A DNA stretch of 53,863 bases, from the NCBI GenBank assembly GCA_030064765.1, contig JASJEG010000004.1:1-53863 (forward strand), in the 5' to 3' direction. Shown in pieces: positions 46,297 through 53,863 of the stretch (position 1 is the stretch's first letter; every line of letters begins with the position of its first letter). A program made the translations under genes and the position numbers. The notes beneath the pieces were generated by a model. It did no database searches. It was not told where the DNA came from and worked only from the letters and a program-made list of their open reading frames with translations. The stretch comes from Acidimicrobiia bacterium (GTDB taxonomy: Bacteria > Actinomycetota > Acidimicrobiia > Spongiisociales > UBA5794).

Positions 46297-47820
46297 ATGC
46301 TGAACGCCACCAAGTCGAGCGCGGGCCTTGCCGGTGCGGTCAGCGCCGGACTGGCGCTTGGCCTCACTGAACTGATCGCGGGCCTAACGCCACTCGTCCC
46401 TTCGGCGATCGCATCGGTCGGAAGCGTCGTCATCGACTTGTCCCCGCGCTTCGTCAAGGAACTCGCCATCAGCTTGTTTGGGACCGCCGACAAAGGCGCC
46501 CTTGCCATCGGCACGGTGATTATCGGAGTGATGATCGGGTGGTTCGTCGGACAAGCGGCCCTCACCCGACCTGCCGTCCCCTGGGCCGCATTCGGCGGCT
46601 TTGCGGTCATCGGCATTCTGGCCGCAGCAGATGGGTTCGGCGGCAACCTCGCCCTGACCGTGATTGCCATTTCTGGCTCAGCTCTCGCCGGCGTGCTGGT
46701 ACTTCGCTACATGCTCAACATGAACGAGGCACCGACTGATGGGCTTGCGTCCGACCCCGCCCGGCGCAAGCTCCTAGCCCAGGCTGCCGGCGTCGGTGCC
46801 GTGGCTGCGGTCGCCGGGCTGGGCGGACGGCAGCTGATCATTGCCCGGTCGGAAGAGGTCCGCCAGGCCGTGGCAATCCCGACTGCCGACATCACCGTGC
46901 CCGCTCCGCCGCCCGAGGCGCAGTTTGCCGGCATCCCGGATCTCACCCCGATCGTGGTTCCCAACGATGAGTTCTACCGGATCGACACTGCTTTGGTGGT
47001 GCCCCGTCCGGACCCTGAGACGTGGCGCCTCCGCATCACCGGCATGGTCGACAACGAGCTTTCGCTCTCGCTCGACGACCTCACCGCCATGCCGCTGTAT
47101 GAGGACTACGTCACGATTGCCTGCGTGTCGAACGAGGTCGGGGGAGACCTCATCGGCAATGCCAAATGGACCGGCGTTCGCCTGGTGGATTTGTTGGAGC
47201 AGGCCGGGGTCCAGGACGGAGCGGAGCAGCTGTTCAGCAGGTCGGTAGATGGCTGGACATCAGGGTTTCCCGTCGAGCTCGCCTTCGACGGTCGCGATCC
47301 GCTGCTCGCCATCGGCATGAACGGAGAACCGCTCCCTCCGAACCACGGGTTCCCGGCTCGACTCATTGTTCCCGGCCTCTACGGATACGTGTCGGCGACG
47401 AAGTGGATCGAAGAAATCGAGTTGACCTCCTGGGAAGGCGTCGACGGATACTGGATTCCCCGCGGCTGGTCCAAGGAAGCTCCGATCAAGACTCAGTCAC
47501 GAATCGACCGTCCCCGACGCAACCAAAGCGTCCAGGAGGATCCGCTGGTGCTGGCCGGTGTCGCCTGGGCACCTACCAAGGGCATCGAAAAGGTCGAGAT
47601 CCAATTGGATGATGGTGAGTGGATCGAGTGCGAGTTGACCACTCCCCTGTCGAGCAAGGCCTGGGTGCAGTGGCGAGCCGAGCTTCCGGCTGCTCCGGGA
47701 CCCCACACCGCCCGCGTTCGCGCCACCGACGGTGATGGCGAGACCCAGACCTCCGCGCGCAGCCGACCGGCTCCCGACGGCGCCACCGGCTACCACGAGG
47801 TCAGCTTCGACGTCGCCTGA
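46297..47820 (+). CDS. Membrane-anchored molybdopterin oxidoreductase (sulfite oxidase family)
   Basis: N-terminal TMs; FYRIDTAL, CVSNEVGG, HGFPARLIVPGLYGYVSATKW, PDGATG.H. Confidence 0.9.
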   Translation: MLNATKSSAGLAGAVSAGLALGLTELIAGLTPLVPSAIASVGSVVIDLSPRFVKELAISLFGTADKGALAIGTVIIGVMIGWFVGQAALTRPAVPWAAFGGFAVIGILAAADGFGGNLALTVIAISGSALAGVLVLRYMLNMNEAPTDGLASDPARRKLLAQAAGVGAVAAVAGLGGRQLIIARSEEVRQAVAIPTADITVPAPPPEAQFAGIPDLTPIVVPNDEFYRIDTALVVPRPDPETWRLRITGMVDNELSLSLDDLTAMPLYEDYVTIACVSNEVGGDLIGNAKWTGVRLVDLLEQAGVQDGAEQLFSRSVDGWTSGFPVELAFDGRDPLLAIGMNGEPLPPNHGFPARLIVPGLYGYVSATKWIEEIELTSWEGVDGYWIPRGWSKEAPIKTQSRIDRPRRNQSVQEDPLVLAGVAWAPTKGIEKVEIQLDDGEWIECELTTPLSSKAWVQWRAELPAAPGPHTARVRATDGDGETQTSARSRPAPDGATGYHEVSFDVA

Positions 47821-47834
47821 CCGCCTCCTTCCCT

Positions 47835-47955
47835 CGGTTTTGGCGTACACCAGGCCCATATGTGGGCCTCAGATCCGCCAAAACGAACGCATTCCCACTC
47901 GACCCGGTTCTGGCGTACACCAGACCCATATTTGGGCCTCAGATCCGCCAAAACG
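47835..47955. repeat. Two 51-bp palindromic direct repeats (REP-like), 70-bp period
   Basis: 47835-47885 and 47905-47955 differ at 3 positions; GTTYTGGCG...CGCCAAAAC termini with inner GRCCCA/TGGGCC stem. Confidence 0.85.
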
Positions 47956-48001
47956 GTTGGGGGGCGCGGGGCACGGTCCGTAGGAGTCGTATGATTGAGG
48001 T

Positions 48002-48517
48002 ATGACGACACACGACGACAGCAACGAAACCGAGTCCCGCCCGCCGGAGCTTCCCCTCCAGGCGCAGGTTGTCGAGAACGGCGAGCCCGTCGAAGCAGTG
48101 GAGGAGGACAGCGGTAGCTTCATTACTGAGCCCTCCAAACTGATTCGGATCGCTTCGATGACCAGGGCCATGCTGGATGAGGTACGCCAGGCAGGCCTCG
48201 ACGAGGCCGGTCGCGGGCGATTGGCGGAGATCTATGCCAACTCGCTCGAGCAGCTCCACGATTCCCTGAGCGATGATCTCCAAGAGGAGTTGCAGTCGAT
48301 CTTCCAGCCCCTCCATAAAGAGGAGACGTCCGAATCCGAGCTGCGCATCGTCCAGGCCCAGCTCGTTGGATGGCTGGAGGGTCTATTCCACGGTATCCAG
48401 GCCTCACTGTTCAGCCAGCAGGCCGCAGCCGCCGCCCAGCTCGATGAGATGCGTCGGCGTCGTGCCCTCGAGGCGGCCTCGGACGAAGCAATGGGTTCCC
48501 CCGGCCAGTACCTCTAG
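48002..48517 (+). CDS. bpa: Bacterial proteasome activator (Bpa/PafE)
   Basis: ELRIVQAQLVGWLEGLFHGIQ and C-terminal GQYL; TATGAT-N6-ATG leaderless. Confidence 0.93.
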   Translation: MTTHDDSNETESRPPELPLQAQVVENGEPVEAVEEDSGSFITEPSKLIRIASMTRAMLDEVRQAGLDEAGRGRLAEIYANSLEQLHDSLSDDLQEELQSIFQPLHKEETSESELRIVQAQLVGWLEGLFHGIQASLFSQQAAAAAQLDEMRRRRALEAASDEAMGSPGQYL

Positions 48518-48612
48518 AAGCATCGGCGTCAGGGCCGCTATCCATCGCCAACGCTCCGCACATCCGATTCGGTCCCCGCGTCCGAACTAAATGAACAGAA
48601 CGTGAAAATCCC

Positions 48613-48641
48613 TTGACCGGGCCCGGAACGACAGGCATTAT
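48613..48641 (+). promoter_or_regulatory. Housekeeping sigma promoter for whiB
   Basis: TTGACC-N17-CATTAT. Confidence 0.55.
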
Positions 48642-48721
48642 CCGCACTCGGCTCTCCCGGTTAGGAATAAGTCACTGCCCTGGCTGGTTCCAAGAGCGAA
48701 CGCCCAGAAGGGGGTGTGAAA

Positions 48722-49009
48722 ATGGTGATGGCACTAGAAGAGCAGATTTGGGAACCCGAGCACGAATGGCGGGAACTCTCAGCTTGCGCCGGTGCGGACT
48801 CCGACGTCTTCTTCCCTCCCGGGGAAGACGAGGCGGCCGCCATGCAGGCCAAGAAGATCTGCGCCCTCTGTCCGGTCCAAGAGCAATGTCTCCAGTACGC
48901 CCTGGCTACCAATCAGACCGAAGGCGTCTGGGGCGGCATGAGCTCCGGCGACCGTCGTCGGCTCCGCCGCCGGCTGCGCGACCGAGCCCGGCGAGCCCGA
49001 GCCAGCTAG
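48722..49009 (+). CDS. WhiB family Fe-S transcriptional regulator
   Basis: W....AC...FFP...AKKIC..CPV...CLQYAL...GVWGG. Confidence 0.95.
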   Translation: MVMALEEQIWEPEHEWRELSACAGADSDVFFPPGEDEAAAMQAKKICALCPVQEQCLQYALATNQTEGVWGGMSSGDRRRLRRRLRDRARRARAS

Positions 49010-49018
49010 CCGGGCGCT

Positions 49019-49070
49019 GGCGAACTCACCTCGTGAGTTCGTTGCCTTAGAGTTCGATGCAATCGAACTC
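49019..49070. terminator. Two tandem hairpins between convergent whiB and cyclophilin genes
   Basis: CGAACTCAC-CTC-GTGAGTTCG and GAGTTCGAT-GCA-ATCGAACTC. Confidence 0.65.
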
Positions 49071-49080
49071 CACCGGTAGA

Positions 49081-49587
49081 TCAGGACTCGTTCACCGTCA
49101 CTGACTCTATGACACAGTCGTCAAGCGGCTTGTCTTGCGCCCCGGTAGATGTGTTTGCGATTGCATCGACCACATCGAGCCCTTCGGTGACGTGTCCGAA
49201 GATCGAGTAGTTGTGGGGCAACCCGTAGTCCGTGTGCATGATGAAGAACTGCGACCCGTTGGTGTTGGGACCGGCGTTCGCCATCGCAACGGTGCCCCGG
49301 GAGTACCGACCCGGACCGTCCAACTCGTCACGGAACCGGTAGCCCGGGCCACCCATTCCGGTGCCGGTCGGATCGCCGCCCTGAATCATGAATCCCTTGA
49401 TCACACGGTGGAAGATCACCCCGTTGTAGAAGCCGTCGCGAGCCAGGAACACGAAGTTATTGACTGTTAGCGGCGAGTTTGTCGCGTCGAACGCAATGCT
49501 GATGTCGCCGTGGTTGGTATGGAGCGTTGCGGAGTAGCTCTTGTCGAGGTCGATGCTCATCTCGGGTGGGGCGGTGTACTGCGTCAT
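49081..49587 (-). CDS. Cyclophilin-type peptidyl-prolyl isomerase
   Basis: FHRVIKGFMIQGGDP.GTG.GGPGY, AMANAGPNTNGSQFFI. Confidence 0.95.
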   Translation of the reverse strand: MTQYTAPPEMSIDLDKSYSATLHTNHGDISIAFDATNSPLTVNNFVFLARDGFYNGVIFHRVIKGFMIQGGDPTGTGMGGPGYRFRDELDGPGRYSRGTVAMANAGPNTNGSQFFIMHTDYGLPHNYSIFGHVTEGLDVVDAIANTSTGAQDKPLDDCVIESVTVNES

Positions 49588-49636
49588 GGGATTCTCCTCC
49601 TGATCTGGGTCGAAGAGTAATGCTGATTGGATGGGT

Positions 49637-50860
49637 TCACCGGCGCCGGCGACCCCGTGACATGGGATGAGAACGTCGACCCTTGAATGGGGCCAGCTCC
49701 GGATCGGGGCGCCAGCTAGACAGATCCCGGATCCGGTCGTCGTTTGAGAACATCTTGATGATGGGGACGTTGAGGCCGGCGCGCCGCTGAATGCCGAGAA
49801 CCTCGTTGACCTGATCCCACTCGACAAAGGTCACAACAAGGCCTGTCTCCCCGGCCCGCGCCGTTCTCCCGGAGCGGTGGAGATAGGTCTTTGGATCATC
49901 CGGGGGGTCGTAGTGGATCACCACATCAACGTCATCGATGTGCAGCCCCCGGGCGGCAACGTTGGTGGCGACCAATACCGGTGAGGTACCGTCGGCGAAC
50001 CCGGCCAGAGCTCGATCACGCTGGCGCTGGTGGAGGTCGCCATGAATGGCACGAGCCTCGACACCCGCTTCTCTGAGGTTCTTGGCAACCCGATCACACT
50101 CGATCTTGGTGCGGACGAACACAAGGGTCCGACCCGACGAGTCGGCGATGGCCGCCGCCATCTTCACCTTGTCCATGTGATGCACCTTGAGGAAGCGATG
50201 CTCCATGGTGTCAACGGTCTCGCCATCAGGCTCAGCGTCATGACGGGCCGGCTGTTCCATATAGGCGCTCACGAGCGTACCGACCTGACCGTCGAGAGTT
50301 GCCGAGAAGAGGAAAGTCTGATGCTCAACGGAGATCCCACTCATGATCCGCCTCACCTGAGGCAAGAAGCCCATGTCCGCCATCTGGTCTGCCTCATCGA
50401 TCGCCACCATGCGCACTTCGTCGAGTTGCAGTTCTCTGCGGTCGATCAGGTCGATGAGCCTTCCCGGTGTGGCGATAACCACCTCAACACCACGTCGCAG
50501 CGCCTTGATCTGCACCCCCATCGGAGCGCCGCCGTAGACCGCTACTGTGCGGAAATCGCGAAGGGCAGCAAGCGGCTCGAGTACTGCGGTCACCTGCTGG
50601 GCGAGCTCGCGGGTGGGAACCAGTACAAGGGCCAACGGGCGCTTCACCGGCGCCCGCTCGAGTTGCTGAATGATGGGCAGTCCGAACGCCAGGGTCTTCC
50701 CTGAACCGGTCTTCGCCTTGCCGCACACATCCCTTCCCTCGAGGGCGTCCGGAATCGTCAGCTGCTGAATCGGAAAGGGTTCGCCGATGCCGTCAGAGAC
50801 GAGAGCGTTGGCGAGATCGTCGGCAACGCCGAGCTCGCGGAATGTGGGTGTAGTTGGCAT
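49637..50860 (-). CDS. DEAD-box RNA helicase
   Basis: AKTGSGKT, PTRELA, TPGR, DEAD, SAT, ARGL, HRSGRTAR. Confidence 0.95.
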   Translation of the reverse strand: MPTTPTFRELGVADDLANALVSDGIGEPFPIQQLTIPDALEGRDVCGKAKTGSGKTLAFGLPIIQQLERAPVKRPLALVLVPTRELAQQVTAVLEPLAALRDFRTVAVYGGAPMGVQIKALRRGVEVVIATPGRLIDLIDRRELQLDEVRMVAIDEADQMADMGFLPQVRRIMSGISVEHQTFLFSATLDGQVGTLVSAYMEQPARHDAEPDGETVDTMEHRFLKVHHMDKVKMAAAIADSSGRTLVFVRTKIECDRVAKNLREAGVEARAIHGDLHQRQRDRALAGFADGTSPVLVATNVAARGLHIDDVDVVIHYDPPDDPKTYLHRSGRTARAGETGLVVTFVEWDQVNEVLGIQRRAGLNVPIIKMFSNDDRIRDLSSWRPDPELAPFKGRRSHPMSRGRRRR

Positions 50861-50936
50861 GAGCCCTGAAGGAATCGGTGGGCGGACTCGTCCAACCTAG
50901 TCGCCGATCACCGTCCGTCCGCCGTTTCCAGGCCGG

Positions 50937-51917
50937 CTAGGTGCTGCGACGACCGTTGCGTGTGTGCATATGGGCGAGGTTTCGAGCCTCTAGCTCAGCA
51001 TTGAGCTCGGCCCCGGTCAGCACAATCAAGCCCGAGATGAAGAACCAGAGCAGCAGCACGATGACGGCCGACAGCGTCCCGTAGGCAGCTCCCAGCGAAG
51101 GCACCCGATTGGCGAAGGCGGAGAATCCGACCGTGGCCAGCAACCAGAGGACGGCCACGACAAGCGAGCCTATGGAGATCCAGGGTGACTCCCTGGCGGG
51201 ACGATTGGGGGCGATCTTATAAAGCATGCCCAGCCCAGCAATCACCATGACGAAGATGAATGGCCATCTGCCGTACTCAACGAGCCCGATCAGATCGTCG
51301 GCACCGACGGCGCCCAGCAGATTCGGGAGGAAGGTAACCGCGGAGGCAGCCACGGAAACGAAGACGATCAGTGATACGGTGATCCCGAGTGCCATGCCAC
51401 GCAGGACCACAAAGGAGCGGTTCTCGGGGGTCTCATATGCGATGTCGATTCCCATGATCAGGGCCTTGGTACCCGCCGATGCCGACCAGAAAGCAGCGAG
51501 GATGCTGAGCACTGCGGCAGCTCCGAGGCCGGAGCTCGATGACTCAACGATCGTGGTCAGCTCGGAGGAGAGGAATCCTGCCGTCTTCTCTGGAAGTGCG
51601 TCTGTGATGCTCTCAATCTGATTGGCGAGATCGGCCGGATCGAGAACCAGGCCGTAGATGGAGATCGCTGCGATTGCGGTGGGGAATAGCGCCAGGAGTG
51701 CGTAGTACGCCAGGCTGCCCGCAATCATCGGCATGTGGTGCTCCCGCAACCGAAACACCACCGCTTTGGCAACGGACAGGGTTTCGTCGAACCACGTCCC
51801 GTCCTCTGGCTCAGGCTCGGGCTCCTCCGGTTCGGGTATCTCAGTCCGCGGGCGCAGCGCCGCGACGGCGGTAATGCCGGCAAGCGCCCCCAGGACCCAG
51901 TTGAGATACCTCTGCAT
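50937..51917 (-). CDS. YihY/virulence factor BrkB family membrane protein
   Basis: AGSLAYYALLALFP, WSAS.G, YG.L..VIVLLLW, GAELNA. Confidence 0.9.
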   Translation of the reverse strand: MQRYLNWVLGALAGITAVAALRPRTEIPEPEEPEPEPEDGTWFDETLSVAKAVVFRLREHHMPMIAGSLAYYALLALFPTAIAAISIYGLVLDPADLANQIESITDALPEKTAGFLSSELTTIVESSSSGLGAAAVLSILAAFWSASAGTKALIMGIDIAYETPENRSFVVLRGMALGITVSLIVFVSVAASAVTFLPNLLGAVGADDLIGLVEYGRWPFIFVMVIAGLGMLYKIAPNRPARESPWISIGSLVVAVLWLLATVGFSAFANRVPSLGAAYGTLSAVIVLLLWFFISGLIVLTGAELNAELEARNLAHMHTRNGRRST

Positions 51918-51933
51918 GGTGATGACGGTAGCG

Positions 51934-53715
51934 CTAGTCCAACAGGTCGTCGGTGATCGAGTAGAGCTGGTCAACACCGGCGATGACCGCCGGGCGCAGG
52001 CCGGCACCCTGGGGCAGGATCTGCTCGATGTAGAAGCGAGCTGTCTCGATCTTCGCCTGGAGCCAGGGGTCGTCCGCCGCAGCAAGCTCCCGATGGGCAG
52101 CAAGGGCGAGACGAGCCAGGTAGTAACCGCCGGCAACTACTCCGAACTGGCGCAAGTACGGACTTGCCCCGGCCAGGGCATCCTCCGGCGTCGCACCGCG
52201 CAGCCACTCAGTTGAATCGCGCAGCGCGGCGACGGCGGTGCGCAGGGCGCCGGCCATGCTGTCGAGGCCACCCGCTGATTCGAGATCGGCTGCAGTGCCT
52301 TCCATCTCGGCGAGGTAACCCTCGACCACTGAGCCGTCGCCAAGGGACAACTTGCGCATCACGAGGTCAATCGCCTGGATCCCGTTGGTTCCCTCGTAGA
52401 TGGGGGCAATACGGGAGTCGCGCCAGTGCTGGGCGGCACCCGTTTCCTCAACGTACCCGGCTCCACCGTGGATCTGGATGCCGAGCGAGGTCAGCTCAAC
52501 CCCGAGATCGGTCGCCCACGCTTTGGCAACGGGGGTCAGCAGGGCAACACGATTCGCCGCAGCTGCGCGCTCGGCGCCGTCTGCCGCATGCCTGCTGCGA
52601 TCGGCCGCAGCCGACGTGTCGAACACGAGGGCACGTATGGCCTCGATATTCGCCTTCATTGTCATCAGCATCCGCCGGACGTCCGGATGGTCGATGATCG
52701 GAGATGACTCACCCTTGGCGGCACCGGGGGCGCGACCCTGACGGCGTTCCTTCGCGTAGTCGAGCGATTGCTGATACGAGCGAACGGAGAGCCCGAGCCC
52801 CTCGAGCCCAACGTGTAGGCGAGCATCGTTCATCATCGTGAACATGCAGCGCATCCCGGCGTTCACCTCGCCCACTAGGTAGGCCACCGCACCCTCCTGC
52901 TCGCCGTACTCCATCACACAGGTCGGGCTGGCATGAATCCCGAGCTTGTGCTCGATGCTCAGGCACTCGACATCGTTCTTCTCCCCGAGAGTGCCATCGT
53001 CGTTGACCAGATACTTGGGGATGAGGAAGAGCGAAATGCCCTTGGTTCCCGGGGGTGCTTCGGGGGCCCGCGCCAGCACGAAATGGATGATGTTCTCGGC
53101 CATCTCGTGGTCGCCCCAGGTGATGTAGATCTTGGTGCCTTTGACCCGCCAGGTTCCGTCGGTTTCGGGCCAAGCCTTGGCCCGCAGCGCGCCTACATCC
53201 GAACCGGCCTGCGGCTCGGTGAGATCCATGGTGCCCGCCCATTCCCCGCTGATCAGCTTCTCGAGGTAAACGGCCTTGAGCTCATCACTGCCGTGATGTT
53301 GGAACGCCTCGACTGCGCTGATGGTCAACATGGGACAGAGCGAGAAGGCCATGTTCGAGGAGGTCAGCATCTCCTGGAAGGCTGTCGCCATCACGCCAGG
53401 GAATCCGTGGCCCCCGAACTCGGGGTCCCCGGAAACGGCCAACCAGCCCGCCTCGACGAGCTGCTCGTAAGCGGAGACCATTGGCTCGGGAACGGTCACC
53501 GAACCGTCGGCATTGTGAGTCAGGCCTTCTGTGTCACCAATTACGTTGGTCGGGGCGACGACCTCAGCAAGGAAGCGCCCGGCCTCGGCCAGGGCGTCGT
53601 GGACGTCCTCAGCTTCGACATGCTCATATCCCGGCAGCCCGGCGATGCTCTCGAGATCGGCAATGTGGTCTAGGACAAACCTGATATCACGCAATGGGGG
53701 GCGGTAGTCACTCAT
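51934..53715 (-). CDS. Acyl-CoA dehydrogenase (DmdC/FadE15-like)
   Basis: GTMDLTEPQAGSDVG, KIYITWG, EHKLGIHASPTC, IYEGTNGIQAIDL. Confidence 0.93.
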   Translation of the reverse strand: MSDYRPPLRDIRFVLDHIADLESIAGLPGYEHVEAEDVHDALAEAGRFLAEVVAPTNVIGDTEGLTHNADGSVTVPEPMVSAYEQLVEAGWLAVSGDPEFGGHGFPGVMATAFQEMLTSSNMAFSLCPMLTISAVEAFQHHGSDELKAVYLEKLISGEWAGTMDLTEPQAGSDVGALRAKAWPETDGTWRVKGTKIYITWGDHEMAENIIHFVLARAPEAPPGTKGISLFLIPKYLVNDDGTLGEKNDVECLSIEHKLGIHASPTCVMEYGEQEGAVAYLVGEVNAGMRCMFTMMNDARLHVGLEGLGLSVRSYQQSLDYAKERRQGRAPGAAKGESSPIIDHPDVRRMLMTMKANIEAIRALVFDTSAAADRSRHAADGAERAAAANRVALLTPVAKAWATDLGVELTSLGIQIHGGAGYVEETGAAQHWRDSRIAPIYEGTNGIQAIDLVMRKLSLGDGSVVEGYLAEMEGTAADLESAGGLDSMAGALRTAVAALRDSTEWLRGATPEDALAGASPYLRQFGVVAGGYYLARLALAAHRELAAADDPWLQAKIETARFYIEQILPQGAGLRPAVIAGVDQLYSITDDLLD

Positions 53716-53863
53716 GTGCCCAGGATAGGTTGGAGGGCGCTATCGATGCCCTGAATCGCAGAGCTTGGACGACGGCGGCGTACAGGGCATCATGGCCGCC
53801 ATGCTTGTTGACATCCGCAACACGCCGCCGCCCGCTGAGTGGGGCGTGACTATCTCCTCCAGA

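Noticed and set aside
47835-47955. Possible CRISPR array
   Set aside because: Only two 51-bp units with a 19-bp spacer, no cas genes, and a related solo copy at 2323; fits a REP-like repeat better.
53716-53863. Partial gene at the right edge
   Set aside because: Open frames exist on both strands but are too short to assign strand or product.

Overview
High-GC actinobacterial DNA, most consistent with class Acidimicrobiia (GCNPP...FCP..PVTRGQMAAFL S-layer motif, WhiB, Bpa proteasome activator, many leaderless genes). In order: end of an SLH protein; ArsR-SRPBCC pair; AlkZ-like glycosylase; BMP-type nucleoside/purine ABC transporter; membrane diguanylate cyclase; TetR-MDMPI pair; SDR; class I glutamine amidotransferase; 8-oxoguanine deaminase and xanthine dehydrogenase; three tandem CHASE-like histidine kinases; TetR and acyl-CoA dehydrogenase; YeiH transporter; atypical receiver; nitroreductase; a partial flagellar cluster (flhB, flhA, degenerate flhF, two flgN, csrA, fliW, flgL, flgK, degenerate GGDEF, flgE, flbD, fliA, fliC, glycosyltransferase); then housekeeping genes. 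No rRNA, tRNA, CRISPR array or transposase was seen. Two signals stand out. (1) A sigma-28-type promoter (YYWA-like -35, N15/16, GCCGAY-like -10) recurs 15 times, including 7 nt before the start codons of all three CHASE kinases, the diguanylate cyclase and the amidotransferase, suggesting an extended, partly leaderless FliA regulon. (2) One such promoter drives an apparently non-coding ~210-nt transcript (31420-31634, minus strand) near csrA/fliW. It has ANGGAN hexaloop hairpins and a 15-nt exact copy of the flagellin SD/CsrA site with no start codon, making it a candidate CsrA-sponge sRNA in an actinobacterium. All calls come from reading the sequence by eye; no searches were run.
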